Source of the DNA: a virus
Taxonomy: Duplodnaviria; Caudoviricetes
Direction: 5' to 3' (one strand)
DNA length: 64,000 bases
IMG/VR virus record: IMGVR_UViG_2706796186_000001
Coordinates: 176,762-240,761 of that record
This document shows positions 27,310 to 39,300 of this stretch, piece after piece (the stretch's first letter is position 1; every line of letters starts with the position of its first letter). The notes beneath the pieces were generated by a model that saw nothing but the letters and a program-made list of their open reading frames with translations, made no database searches and had not been told where the DNA came from. The position numbers were made by a program, and so were the translations under genes.

Positions 27310-30300
27310 TTAGCCCGTCTTACGTGAGACGTTCAGACTTGGGGCTGGTTGTGGGTATGTCTGCGTTGACTTCGGTGCAGGGCCACTCGGTGGGCTGGAT
27401 GGCCCCATCGGTGCACCCGACTGCATCAGTTTCCGCATGTCCTCCAGAATCGCTTTGATATCCTTCGTGACTTGCAGTTGCTGATCCGCAACCGTGGCGT
27501 TCGAGAACCCGCCAGCGGCTGGAGACATATCTGAAGACAATGGTGCTTGACCTCCGCCTCCAGTCTGCGCAGCGCGCTGTGCCGCGCCTGCTTTGACCTT
27601 CTCCACATCCTTCGGAGAGAGACCATCCGCAGCCGCTTGTTTCGCAACCTCGTCGGCAACGTTTGACATATCGGAACTGCCTGACGCCGTACCACCCGGC
27701 AGTGCGGGGCCGTTCGACATAGTGGCGACTGCATTGTCTGCGGCCATTGCCCCTTTTGTCTCCATTGCCCCGTCTCGGCGGTTTTCGTTATCGGCGGGCA
27801 GGTTTTGGCCTGCACCGGCCGCAGTACCTTCCATGGACGGGTCGTTTGCAGCAGCACCCGAGGAAACCGCAGGACTTGATGACGTTGGCGCGCCCGGAGA
27901 CAACCCATTAATAGCTTGTTTTGTCTTCGACGGATCAGCCGTCATTTCGTTCGCAGTTACCGCACCCATACGGCCATTCAATTCACGAATGACCTCATCC
28001 AACGTACGAAGTCTTCCTTGTTTGGTGTAGAACACACTCTGGTTCCCAGCCAACACTTTGCGGGTAACCGGCGGTGCCGCAGTGGCTGGTGCGTTCGGGT
28101 TCTTCGCCCATGCTTGCATGAACTGACGCCCACCACCCGGACCTAAGAAGTGGTAGAGGTATGCCACCGCAGGCGGTGGTGCCTTACCACCCAAGTCTTT
28201 CTGGGCTTTCATGATGTTATCACGAATGAACTGCACACCCAGAATGGTGTTCGCGTGTGGGTCGAATTGCCCCCCTGAACTGGCCATCAGCTGTCCAGGA
28301 ATACCAAACTGTCGTCCATATTGCCCCAGTTGTGAATCCCAAGTGGAGTTAATGAACTGGAAGAGACCAGCGGCAGACGCATACGGGTTTTTCGCCTTGT
28401 AGTTAAACTTCGACTCGGCATACGCCATCCCCAATGCCACACTCGGTGGTACCCCCATGGAACGCGCAACATCGGATATCATCTGTTTGACGCGCTCCTC
28501 ACTGTTCAGTGAGCCAACCGGGTACTTCTCTGCCAACTGCTTATAACTACCCGGTTCCACATCCCCGAGCTTGATACCGACACTGCCCGTGGAAATAGCC
28601 GCATAGTTCTTCGCACCCCCCATCGCATCCACAGCTTGATTGATGTCCGTTGGTGTACCGGTGAAAGTACCGCCCCCGAACCCACCTGCTGCTTTTGCGG
28701 CCTTCTGGTCTTCTGCCGTAAAGAACGTCGACTCACCGTCGTCCTTGGTCTGGTAGAAGCTCGTGTTGGTGTTCTTGTCTGCCCACTTCGCACGTTTGCC
28801 CATCGGCTTTTTGTCGTTGAGTAAGTTGCGCACCGCAAGGTCAGCCTCTTTCGAGAGCACCTTCAAGGTTTCCAGTTCTTTCGAGACCGAACCGGGGTCC
28901 ATGTTCGGGTCTTGACCAAACGGGTTAATCGCCACTTCCCAGACTGACTGTCGGATATCCGCTTTCATGTTGTAAGCACGGCTGGTCAGTAAGCCCAGCT
29001 CAAACAGATAACCCCCGGTCAGTTTCACATTCAACGGATCACCCGTTGGCACGAACCGATGGTAACCACAGACGTAGAACATAAAGGTCGGCAGGAAACG
29101 ACTGGTGAACCACAGACGCAACTTCTCAGACCGGTTCGGGTCTTTCCACCCTTGCGGTTCGATAACGTCCATCGCTTCTGTCCATTTCCCTTTGTACGAT
29201 GCGTTCTTGATGTCGATGTTCGGCAACACGAAGCGTTCCAGCATTTTCAGCTGACCTACAATCGCAGGGTCGAGTTCCTTCAAACCGTACGTTTTGAAAC
29301 GAATCGATTCAAGGGCATCCACATCTTTCTGATTCAAGACCGCGAACTGATCGACCTGAATCTGAATTTGCTCCGTACCGTCCTCCCACCCGTTTGGACG
29401 TGGGGCGTTCTCGCGGGTTTCTTTGTCGGTGGCGGCAAGTGCGCTGAAGGCTTCTTTCACACCGGACTCTTCAATGCCTCGGGCTTCCAGTGCGCCTTTG
29501 TTGAACTTCCGGTTCTTCTTGTCTTCCATACGGCGGTTAATGCCACGGAGCACGTCTTCCTGCACGTCCATGACATCATCGGCGTCGAGTAAGTCAGGCG
29601 AGGTGAAGGTCACCGCGTCCTTAAACTTCTGCCACAAACTCCGGTCAACATTCCGAGGGTCAGTCAGCGCACGCAGATGTGGGGCATCTTTGGTGAGCTG
29701 GACTTTGTTGAAGATAGACTTCATCTCGGACTTGCTGACTTTGTTTGCGTTCCCGACATCCGCTAACTGGATATCACGCTCTTGGGCATAGAGCGCAGAC
29801 AACCAACGCAGATAAATCGGAATGAAACGCTGGAGCATCATCGCTTGGAAGGCGAGCATCCCGGACTTGTCATCCTCGGCCACACCAAACCCAACGGCTA
29901 ACTCCTGCACTTCTTTCGCGCCTAAACCACGACAAGTGGCTTGTCCCGTTTCATTGAAGCTCACGTACTGCTTCAACTGTTTCTCGAGGTAGCGGGCTTT
30001 AGCACCGTCGTCCGACGACCACTTATCGTAGTCTTGGAAACCGTACTGTGCCAGACGTAAAGTATCGAGGTATTCGGTGTAAGTCGTGGTCGCAATCTTA
30101 AAGGCAGCCCATGTCAGGCCAACCACTGCACCCACGGCCAGAATCACCGGCCAACCGACCGCGGTGACTACCGCACCCGCCGCTGTCGCAACTGGCATGA
30201 TAAGCCCACGCATCGCGGCACCCCCGAGCATACGTGCACCCCCGCTCGCCAACCACCATGCACCTTGGCCTAACAGTTTTGCCGGTTTCAGGATGCCCCA

Positions 30301-33300
30301 TTTTGCAATGGTTCCCATGACTGACGCAACCGTACCCAAAATGCTCACCAATGGCCCAATGACCGGGATGGACTTGAACATGTCCATAATCCCTTTGGCC
30401 TTTCCACCGGAACGACCACCAGAGCCCGCAGAGGCCCCTTCGTGGTCAGCACGCTTACGGCGGAAGAATTGGAGGTAGTCGCGTTTTTCACCCCCCTCTT
30501 TGAACTTCATACGTCGCGAGAACTTGGCATACATGCCGCGGATGAACCCTTCCTGAGCACCGTTCTCTTCCAACGACGAACGCATGGTGTTAAACCAGCT
30601 CACTTCTTGCAGGTTCACCATCCGGTTCATACGGTCTAAGAGTTTCGACCCGATAGACTGGGCTTTCCCTTTGGCCGCATTGATCGCTTCTGAACCGGCT
30701 TCACCGGCTGCGGTGATATCGTCGTGGATCGCATCTTTGAACTTGTTCCGGCTGAACTTGCCTTTACGGTGAAGTCGACTGCGATAGAAATCGGCGGTCT
30801 CATCATCACGGCCCGCTAAGCGGCGTTCCACATCGTAGCGTGTACCGATGTCAAATTCAGACTCGCGCATGGAATCGCTGAAGTTGTTAAAGCGGTCACG
30901 AACACCACCTGCCCAACCCATGAGGCCGTCACGTTTGCCCCGGAACCAATCGGACACACCGGCACGGCCGTTACGGAAACGACGACCCCAACGACGGTTC
31001 AGACGGGCTCTTACCCCACGACCAAAACGCTGCGCGGATTTGAATGCATCCTTCACACCCTTTCCACCCCCGGCACCCTTTTCCATTTCCTCAGTCCAAC
31101 CTTCATCCTCTGGTTCCCCCGGCATACGGCGGTTCAAGAGTTTGTAGATACGGATAAGGATGTGGTTGGTTTTCTTGCCGGTGGTGTTCAGACCACCGAA
31201 CAGGGAGTTGTTGCTGAAGAAGTCGCCTCCTCCTTTCCCTTTAAACCAGTTGGCAATCGGGTTGTTGGTTGCCAGATGCTTGAGTCGCCCGGCCCCTTTA
31301 CGGAGCATATCCGGGATACCCATCACAAGGTCTTTGCCGCGAGACAACAGACTACCTACCCGACCGATGATACGCTGAAGCGGTGACTTGATGTCACGTC
31401 CCCATTTGTCCACCAGTTTGAAGTCCGGGTTCTGCATCTCTTGTGCGGTAATAATGTCATTACCGGCATCGTCCACGATTGGCCCTGTGATGTCCTTCAC
31501 AGAGAAGACCGGGGTCTTCGTGGCTTTGAGCAGGTACTTGCCTTGACGCATCAGCATAGACGTCATACGCGGGAAGGTTTCCCCTTTCACGTAGATGTCC
31601 GGTGCCGTGGTGAACCACTCTTTGATGCTCTTGGCTTTCGGGGATAAGCGGTCGAGTACCTTCTTCGGTGCCTCGATGACTTTCCGCAGGAAGTTACCGG
31701 ATTTGTGGGACATCGCTTTGAACAGCGACTGGAGTTTCCCGCCTTTGTAGTAACTGAGTTTACCCGCTGCCGCTAAATCAGCCGCAGAGAGAATCACGTT
31801 ACCGGCGTTGTCAAGGATGTCCATCCCCAACTGAATCTCATCCAACGTCTTCGGATTGTGAAGGTGGTTGCCGTCTTCGCTCAGCTGCCAGTATTCCCCA
31901 GCTTCTAAACGTTTCCCTTGCAAGACCACTTTGCCCCGCTCGTCGTACACATCACGCACGCCAAGCAAACCCTTCCCGAATTCCAGCGCGGAACCAAAGG
32001 CACCCGAGATGCTACCGGACGCTAAGCCTTTGAGTTTGGAGAAGATACCCGGACCGTCGCCAGCGGAAAACTTGCCCCTTGCCCAACTGCCGAATTTCCC
32101 TAAGCGGTCTTTGGCACCCAAGACACCGCGCTTGGCCAGATTGAACCCACTGCCAGCCGTATCGAACAGAATACCGCCCCAGCGACGCAGCAAACCTGAC
32201 TCACCGAGTATGATACGTCGACGACGTGGACCACCCCCGCGTGGGGCCGGACCATCACCATCACCACCGCCAGTACCGGCACCGTCAGGACCACTACCAC
32301 CTTCCAGTGATGCTAATAACACACCCTCTTCATCCATGTTCTTCACATGTTTGAGGATTTCCTGGACGTAGGTGGTTACGTTCGTTGCACGGATAGCCTC
32401 TATAAGCCTGTCAGTCTCTCCTGACGCGTTTTTACGGTCTTGACCACCTAACAGGTCGACTAAGTTCGTCTCGGTCTCTCCGTAGAGCACACGCGCCATT
32501 TGACGGGCTGTAATGCCACCACCGTAACGTCCCTTACCTCCAGCCACATCATTCAATGCGGAACCGGCTGATAAGGTGTCTTCGATCCCAGCATCTTCCC
32601 CGAACTTACGACGGATGTAATCCGCAGTAGCAGAACCGTTTTGCAATTTGCGTTGCAGTTCTTGCTCACGGGTCAATGCACGACCGGTACGGGTCTTACC
32701 CATGCGGGTGTCATTGAACATCGTGTACGGGTCAACGAAATCTTTATCTGCGGCAAAGACGTTGTTCTTCTTGTCGTAGTTAAAGATACCGGCGTCACGG
32801 AGGATACGTTCCCCGTAAATGGTCGCGGCTTGGTCAACAGCTTCCTGACGGCGTTTGTAATGCACCTGCACTGACGAGATACGATCGTGCAACTCATTCG
32901 ACAGGCCCCAGTTCTCACCCGCGGTTCCGGCCGCGACATGTTTCAGGGCATCGACAACCTTACGGGCTGTGTTACCGCCCATGTAACGGAAGAGTTGGGT
33001 TTGGTCTTTGATGATGGCATCGACGTCCATGGACTTGCCGGTCGCAGCACGCGACTCGATATAGTCCGCCAGTTGTTGACGCTCTTTCGGTTCAAGCGTT
33101 TTCTTCTGGTCGATGTAATCAACGACACCGTTAATAGACTCCTGCGTCTTCTGACGCCCTTTATCATCCGCCAGTCCTTTACGGACACGGTCAGCTAAAT
33201 CGCGGCGACTGGTGATGCCGCGGGTTGTCATGTCGTATTCAACGTCAGCGTGTTCGCCGTAACCACGACGAATCGATTTGTTGATTTCAGACAGCAACGC

Positions 33301-34701
33301 AGGAAGTGATTCGACCACGGTGAGATAGAACTTGCGGTCAAACTTCGCCGCACGGTTTAGGTTCTCGACGTTACGCTCATCGAGGAACACGTTCTCCCGT
33401 TTCATGGGGTCGACGATACCGAGGGTGTTCCCCATGCGGAACAGGTTAGCTAAGAACCCTTCGCTTTCTCCCGCAATCGCGGAGTTGGAAATTGTCCCGT
33501 CGGTGGCACCACGCGCAAGGAACTTTGCACGCTCAATCGCGGACATCGCCTGCGGGTTATCTTCTAACCACGCCTTGGATTTCCCTTGGCCTTTTTCAAC
33601 CAGTGGCCCCAACAGCTTCTTGGCAAGAAACTTGGTGGCCCAACCGGTGGCCTTGTCACGGCCGTTCTTCTTACGGGCATCCGGTGACAGGGAGGAACTG
33701 TCTTCCATCCCAAAGTCATCTTCAACACCCATCCCCATTATTGTCTCAAGAATCCCACGACCATCAGAGAAGGCACCCGAGATTTTCTTCGTGGCTTTCT
33801 GACGAATGGAGTCCATGAACCCTTCGGCGTATTTCAGGGGGTTCATCCACTCAGCTGCTTGACGACGAACGTGTGCCCAGCGAACTTCTGAGAAGTCCTC
33901 TTTGGCATAGTCCGGCAGCGCGGTGTTTTTGACGATGGCTTCCAGCGCCGGGGTGTTACGGTCAAACTCGGTCTGTTTGAGTTTGGATAAATCTTGCAAC
34001 GCAAACAAGGTACGGTAACCCAGTTCGAGTTGCTTACGTTCAACGTTGAGCAACACCCCACGGGTTAAGGCTGCTGTGGAGTTCGTGTCACGGGCAATAC
34101 TCAGTACGGCATTGAGCATCGCATCGGACTTCATGTCCTTCACGCCATCACGAATACGATTTTCGGTGGCTTGTTGCTGCGCATCGCGTTGTTCTTGCGC
34201 GCTCATCGGGGCTTCACTGCCCCCACCACCCTGACCGTTAAAGACTTCCGCCATCATGCGGTCTAAGCCAGCCTGTTCAGGATCGTATTTACCGCCCTGA
34301 ATCTCGTCACTGCGCGCCCATTTATCTACACGACGCGTAATCGCATCGGGTAAATATTTTTTCATTGTTGGGCCAAGCTGACGGGCTTGGTTCTTAATTA
34401 CACGCTCTGTCTTGACCAGCTCGTCTTTGGTATGAGCGTAAACATCTTTTGCGACCGATTTGGCGTCTTGGTAGCCCTTGTACGCATCGGTGGCAGAATC
34501 AGGCATACCCTTTAAAATGACCTGGTCGCGTTTGCCTTCTGGCCAAATTGCTGACAGCGCGGAACGCTTAATCGTGCGGCCGGTCTCCATGATTGGGTTA
34601 CGTTTTTTGTCTTTGTTCCGAGGCGGCTCGTCAAAGTCATTCCAATCAAGATCAAGGTTGTCGAAGTTAAAATCATCGACACCATTTTTCTTTTTTGCCA
34701 T
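27310..34701 (-). CDS. Giant tail protein / tape-measure with lytic transglycosylase domain (phiKZ gp181 / SPN3US gp239-like)
   Basis: ~2460 aa. SLT motifs AYAESKFN...AAGLFQFINSTW...YLYHFLGPGG; central hydrophobic segment; divergent from the vRNAP genes. Confidence 0.85.
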   Translation of the reverse strand: MAKKKNGVDDFNFDNLDLDWNDFDEPPRNKDKKRNPIMETGRTIKRSALSAIWPEGKRDQVILKGMPDSATDAYKGYQDAKSVAKDVYAHTKDELVKTERVIKNQARQLGPTMKKYLPDAITRRVDKWARSDEIQGGKYDPEQAGLDRMMAEVFNGQGGGGSEAPMSAQEQRDAQQQATENRIRDGVKDMKSDAMLNAVLSIARDTNSTAALTRGVLLNVERKQLELGYRTLFALQDLSKLKQTEFDRNTPALEAIVKNTALPDYAKEDFSEVRWAHVRRQAAEWMNPLKYAEGFMDSIRQKATKKISGAFSDGRGILETIMGMGVEDDFGMEDSSSLSPDARKKNGRDKATGWATKFLAKKLLGPLVEKGQGKSKAWLEDNPQAMSAIERAKFLARGATDGTISNSAIAGESEGFLANLFRMGNTLGIVDPMKRENVFLDERNVENLNRAAKFDRKFYLTVVESLPALLSEINKSIRRGYGEHADVEYDMTTRGITSRRDLADRVRKGLADDKGRQKTQESINGVVDYIDQKKTLEPKERQQLADYIESRAATGKSMDVDAIIKDQTQLFRYMGGNTARKVVDALKHVAAGTAGENWGLSNELHDRISSVQVHYKRRQEAVDQAATIYGERILRDAGIFNYDKKNNVFAADKDFVDPYTMFNDTRMGKTRTGRALTREQELQRKLQNGSATADYIRRKFGEDAGIEDTLSAGSALNDVAGGKGRYGGGITARQMARVLYGETETNLVDLLGGQDRKNASGETDRLIEAIRATNVTTYVQEILKHVKNMDEEGVLLASLEGGSGPDGAGTGGGDGDGPAPRGGGPRRRRIILGESGLLRRWGGILFDTAGSGFNLAKRGVLGAKDRLGKFGSWARGKFSAGDGPGIFSKLKGLASGSISGAFGSALEFGKGLLGVRDVYDERGKVVLQGKRLEAGEYWQLSEDGNHLHNPKTLDEIQLGMDILDNAGNVILSAADLAAAGKLSYYKGGKLQSLFKAMSHKSGNFLRKVIEAPKKVLDRLSPKAKSIKEWFTTAPDIYVKGETFPRMTSMLMRQGKYLLKATKTPVFSVKDITGPIVDDAGNDIITAQEMQNPDFKLVDKWGRDIKSPLQRIIGRVGSLLSRGKDLVMGIPDMLRKGAGRLKHLATNNPIANWFKGKGGGDFFSNNSLFGGLNTTGKKTNHILIRIYKLLNRRMPGEPEDEGWTEEMEKGAGGGKGVKDAFKSAQRFGRGVRARLNRRWGRRFRNGRAGVSDWFRGKRDGLMGWAGGVRDRFNNFSDSMRESEFDIGTRYDVERRLAGRDDETADFYRSRLHRKGKFSRNKFKDAIHDDITAAGEAGSEAINAAKGKAQSIGSKLLDRMNRMVNLQEVSWFNTMRSSLEENGAQEGFIRGMYAKFSRRMKFKEGGEKRDYLQFFRRKRADHEGASAGSGGRSGGKAKGIMDMFKSIPVIGPLVSILGTVASVMGTIAKWGILKPAKLLGQGAWWLASGGARMLGGAAMRGLIMPVATAAGAVVTAVGWPVILAVGAVVGLTWAAFKIATTTYTEYLDTLRLAQYGFQDYDKWSSDDGAKARYLEKQLKQYVSFNETGQATCRGLGAKEVQELAVGFGVAEDDKSGMLAFQAMMLQRFIPIYLRWLSALYAQERDIQLADVGNANKVSKSEMKSIFNKVQLTKDAPHLRALTDPRNVDRSLWQKFKDAVTFTSPDLLDADDVMDVQEDVLRGINRRMEDKKNRKFNKGALEARGIEESGVKEAFSALAATDKETRENAPRPNGWEDGTEQIQIQVDQFAVLNQKDVDALESIRFKTYGLKELDPAIVGQLKMLERFVLPNIDIKNASYKGKWTEAMDVIEPQGWKDPNRSEKLRLWFTSRFLPTFMFYVCGYHRFVPTGDPLNVKLTGGYLFELGLLTSRAYNMKADIRQSVWEVAINPFGQDPNMDPGSVSKELETLKVLSKEADLAVRNLLNDKKPMGKRAKWADKNTNTSFYQTKDDGESTFFTAEDQKAAKAAGGFGGGTFTGTPTDINQAVDAMGGAKNYAAISTGSVGIKLGDVEPGSYKQLAEKYPVGSLNSEERVKQMISDVARSMGVPPSVALGMAYAESKFNYKAKNPYASAAGLFQFINSTWDSQLGQYGRQFGIPGQLMASSGGQFDPHANTILGVQFIRDNIMKAQKDLGGKAPPPAVAYLYHFLGPGGGRQFMQAWAKNPNAPATAAPPVTRKVLAGNQSVFYTKQGRLRTLDEVIRELNGRMGAVTANEMTADPSKTKQAINGLSPGAPTSSSPAVSSGAAANDPSMEGTAAGAGQNLPADNENRRDGAMETKGAMAADNAVATMSNGPALPGGTASGSSDMSNVADEVAKQAAADGLSPKDVEKVKAGAAQRAAQTGGGGQAPLSSDMSPAAGGFSNATVADQQLQVTKDIKAILEDMRKLMQSGAPMGPSSPPSGPAPKSTQTYPQPAPSLNVSRKTG

Positions 34702-34730
34702 TGTATTTACTTCCAATTCAGGAGCTTAAC

Positions 34731-36344
34731 GTGAAGAAGCTAAACTGGGTTGACATTTACTTGTTAAACGTCAACAAGTCCCTGGTGTCTCAGCTAAGAC
34801 AAATTACTACTACCGACACGTTCCAGGGCATGACGAAAAACTTCCACCCGGAAGGACTTTACTCAACCGAAATCTTCGGCCTGACAGGTAGCGAGCAACG
34901 TGACGCAAGCTGGGCATACATCGATGTTAAATTAGACATCATTTCTCCAACGGTTTGCTTAGGGCTGTTTGGCCTAAAGAAACTTTATGAGGACATTTGC
35001 GCAGGCAAACGCTTTGCGGTGTGGAATGAGAAAGAAAAAGATTTTGAACCGGCCCTGCCCAGTGATAAAGGCGCAGACACCGGTTATAATTTCTTCTTGT
35101 CCCATTATAAGGAACTGGCCCCCGCCCGTAACGATTCGTTACGCCGTGATGACTCACTCGACTTCTTCTTCAAATTCCGCGACGTCAGCCTCAGCCGCTA
35201 TGTGCTGGTTCTGCCCGCAGGTCTGCGTGACCTGATTGTGCGCGAAGACGGCCGTGACCAAGAAGAAGAAATTGGGGGGATGTATCGGCGACTCATTTCG
35301 TTGGCGCGTGCAGTGCCTGACCGCAACGTCCGTACCGAATTGACTGACCCGGTTCGCTGGAAACTCCAGCAAGCGTACAACGACATCTGGATGTACTTCT
35401 TTAACATCCTCGATGGAAAAGGCGGCTTTGCACGACGCAAGGTCACCTCTCGTAAGTTGCAGAACGGCACACGTAACGTGTTGTCCTCGTTCTCGACCGG
35501 GTCGAAGGTCATGGGTCGTGAAGACCAAGTGCGTGCCACAGACACCCGTATCGGTTTATACCAGGGTTTGAAATCACTCTTGCCGGTGGCGCAGTATAAC
35601 ATTCGCGAACGTTATCTGTCCCAAATCCGTGCCGGTGATGGCAACCTCTATGGTATCAACACCAAAACGCTCAAACGCGAACTCCTCGAAGTACGCGGGA
35701 AGGTCTATGACCTGTTTACCACCGATGACGGTATTGAGCGGTTGATTAACCGATTGGAAGTGACTGAGGCGCGCCACCAACCGTTGATGATTGACAAAGA
35801 CCACTTCGTTGCGCTGATTTATCAGGACAACAAACATTTTAAAGTGTTCTTCGACATCGACGATTTGCCAGAAGCCTTCGACCGTAAAAACGTTCGGGGC
35901 ATCAGTTTAGGTGAACTGCTATACCTGTCAGGGTATGACCTCTGGAATGACTACTTCATGTTCGTGACGCGCTATCCGATTATCGGGCGCGGTTCGACGT
36001 ACTCCTCGACCATAAGATTGGAGACCACCATCTCTTCCCTCTATATTCACGAGCTGGAAGATGACTGGTTAACGCCCAAGAAGAAAGGGGCGATCTCCTT
36101 CCCCGACAACCGCGTTGCGACGTGGGTCGAATCTATGGCACCGCACCCTTCACGACTGAAAGGGTTGAACGGGGACTACGACGGCGATATGGGTTCAGGC
36201 AACGTGCCGTTCTCAATTGAAGCATTAGAGGAAAACCGTCGTTGGGTAAACTCCAAGAACTACTGGTTCACGACGGATGGCAGTTTCAAAGTGCAGCCTA
36301 TAAATGACGTGATAGAACGGTCGATTAACGCGCTGTTATTGTAA
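34731..36344 (+). CDS. rpoC: Virion RNA polymerase beta' subunit, N-terminal catalytic part (phiKZ gp180 / SPN3US gp240-like)
   Basis: GLYSTEIFG, LVLPAGLRD, GKGGFAR, RYP and NGDYDGD (NADFDGD equivalent); GTG start after GGAG. Confidence 0.9.
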   Translation: MKKLNWVDIYLLNVNKSLVSQLRQITTTDTFQGMTKNFHPEGLYSTEIFGLTGSEQRDASWAYIDVKLDIISPTVCLGLFGLKKLYEDICAGKRFAVWNEKEKDFEPALPSDKGADTGYNFFLSHYKELAPARNDSLRRDDSLDFFFKFRDVSLSRYVLVLPAGLRDLIVREDGRDQEEEIGGMYRRLISLARAVPDRNVRTELTDPVRWKLQQAYNDIWMYFFNILDGKGGFARRKVTSRKLQNGTRNVLSSFSTGSKVMGREDQVRATDTRIGLYQGLKSLLPVAQYNIRERYLSQIRAGDGNLYGINTKTLKRELLEVRGKVYDLFTTDDGIERLINRLEVTEARHQPLMIDKDHFVALIYQDNKHFKVFFDIDDLPEAFDRKNVRGISLGELLYLSGYDLWNDYFMFVTRYPIIGRGSTYSSTIRLETTISSLYIHELEDDWLTPKKKGAISFPDNRVATWVESMAPHPSRLKGLNGDYDGDMGSGNVPFSIEALEENRRWVNSKNYWFTTDGSFKVQPINDVIERSINALLL

Positions 36345-36364
36345 CGTCTCTTTAAGGACTACCA

Positions 36365-39300
36365 ATGCTTCTCATTAAACAATTCAACCAGCGTTTCTCA
36401 GTGCGACGCACAGATGAGTTCGGGAAACCGCGCATCATCCCGCTTGAGAAACTCCAGATCCCGCGTGGGTCTGTTTTCCACACGGTCGACCTTGACCAAG
36501 TGGTGCTGGCTCCGCCGGTGAACACACCGTATTTCCAAGAGCTGGAGAAGCCCGCTCAGATTCGCCACCATTATCGTCTGCCGGAGGACGGGATTTCGGG
36601 TAAGCCGATTCCGGTACCGGTACAAGGTCAGGAACGTCAGATTCTGGCCTACCACCGTGCGAACCGTCGCTTCCGTCGTCTGACGGATGACACCTTAGTC
36701 CGCCGCGATCCGAAGGTGCTGCTCATCGAGAACTACACCCCGATGCTGCCGCACTACCGTTATCCTGACACGTTGATGTCATGGTACGATCGCCTGCGTA
36801 ACATTCAGGTGTTAATCGCGAACCAATTTAAGTACGACACCGCGGAGTATCTGCGTCAGAACTACATCATCGTTAACCTCGGTTCCACCCTGCCGTCGTT
36901 TGATAAGTTCAAAACCACCTACAACAACCGTATCAAGAACAAACTGGAACACTTCCAGTCTATCGAGCTGCTGTGGCTGCTCGACCTGTTCGGTTGGGCG
37001 CGTGGTGACCAGAAGGAGACTCTGTTTGCAGGCATGGACATGACCCAACTGTCCCGCATGAACTTCATTTTCACCCACAACAGCGGCTTTACGTCGATGA
37101 ACATGGGTGTGGTGGAGCGTATGCGTAAATCTGCCGGTGGCCGTTTAACCGATGATGTCATGTCACGTCACTTCTATCGTACTCTGATTCAAGTGATGAC
37201 CACCCAACCGTCTGACAAGTTCGAAACCGAATTTGTGACACCGGAAGGGGAAGAACAGACTGTCATGCACGATGTTGAAAATGACGACATCGTTGAAGGC
37301 TCTGATGACATCACCGATGAAGATATCGTCAATGACGAACCGGTTGTGAATGACGACGACGTGGACTTTGACACCAACGAAGATTTGGTGATTGAAGCGC
37401 CGAAAGAAGACGTCAAGCCGACCACCATCGTTGTTGAGAAAACTATTGATCACGCGGCAGTGATTAAGCAAGAAGTCGAGAAGCTGGCCGAGGCCGGACG
37501 TGTCACTGCGAAAGCATACAAGTTCCTGAACGAATCCAACCAACGCTTCAACCAATTGCCGAACCCGTACAATCCAAAAGAGACGTACGAGCAAGCGTTA
37601 ACCTATTCGGTGAAAGACATTGAAGTCAAGCCGAAGAAAACGCTGGTTAAACCCCTTGTCACAACCGAAGACTGGACGCAGTCAACTGTTGATGCCATGG
37701 ACAAGCAGTACAACAGCGTCGTGTTGCCGAAAGACATCCTGTCTGCTGTTGCGTCGTCCCAGCGTTTGGGGATGGCGATTCATGACCACAAAGTGGAGAA
37801 AGAGATTTCCGTTACCGGGAATATCGAACACCACACGCTTCGTCTTCAACCAATCGGCGGGGAGCCAGTAACGGTCCGTTTCCAGACTCCTGCATTGACC
37901 GAAGATGGAACGTGGATGGCAAATGGTACTGAGTACACCATGCGTCGTCAGCGTGTTGATTTACCGATTCGTAAAGTCGATTTCGACACGGTCGCTTTAA
38001 CCACTGCCTACGGTAAAAACTTTGTAAGGCGCAGCGATAAGGTAGCGAACGACTACGGTCGTTGGTTAACGAACGCAATTATCGTGCAGGCGGTTGACCC
38101 GAAGAACACCAACGTCACCGATGCCAAACTGGCAAACGTGTTCGACCCACTCAATACCCTACCGCGGCAATACACCATGGTGGCGCGTCGAGTATCAGGC
38201 TTCAACGCCATGGGTTATCAGTGGAACTTTGATTCGAAGAAACTCAACGAGTTCTTCGGTGAAGAGGGCGTGAAGAACCTTGAAGCGAAAGAGCTGTTGC
38301 CGGTTGCGAAAATGCGTGGGAACAAGTTCATCGGGATGGATGAAAACTCGCAAATCTATAAAGTCGACGGTGACAAGATGGAACCGCAGGGTGACCTGGC
38401 CGACTTCTTAGGTGTGGATGCAACCAAGTCTCCACGCGAGATGACCGAGCTGTCATTGATGGGCACATCGCTGACGCTGGGCTTCATTTTCTCCTATTAC
38501 CTCGGCCTTACCGGGATGCTCAAACACTTCGGGATTCGCTACGAGGTGTTGCCTCCGGGTAACCGCATCGATAAAACGCTGTACGATTCTGTTATTCGTT
38601 TAGCAGACTCGAAAATTGTAGTAATTTGTGACAACGACAAACAACGGATGATTGTCAACGGTCTGGATAAGTATCTGAAACTCCTGACCACTTACACGGA
38701 ATCGGAAGTCGATCGTGAAGACATTTACCTGAACTTGATTCGGGATGCAGATGGCCTGACACCACGGTACATCAATGAGCTTCGATTAATGCGGACCGCG
38801 TTCGTCGATGACATGCACGCTCGTATCCTCAGGAAGATGGGGGAACCGGAAACCTTTATCGGGTTGTTAGAACGCGCGAACGAAATGCTGCTGACTGACT
38901 ACACGAAACCGGAAATCAACGGCGATGAAATGATGTTCGTCGGCAACCAACGTATTGCGTATCACGTCTACACGGCGATGGTGCGTGCAATGCGTAACTA
39001 TCAAAACGCACCGGGCAGTAACCGTCGCTTTGAATTGAGTCAGGATATGGTGTGGGGCGCTATTAACTCTGACCCAAGTGTGCTGCTGGCACCGGGTGCA
39101 AACCCGATTCAGTGCACCAAAGAAAAAGACGTGATTACCATGGGCGGGACGGGCGGGCGTAACCGTAAGACAATGGTGTACCATACGCGTGAGTTCCAGG
39201 AATCTGACCTGGGTATCGTGTCGGGTAACACGGTCGATAACGGGGACGTAGGTATTACTGCCTTCCTGACCAACAATCCACGTTTTGATACGGTTGACGG

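Noticed and set aside
37240-37420. Acidic low-complexity stretch in vRNAP beta as a possible intein or insert
   Set aside because: No intein splice motifs. It looks like a disordered linker.
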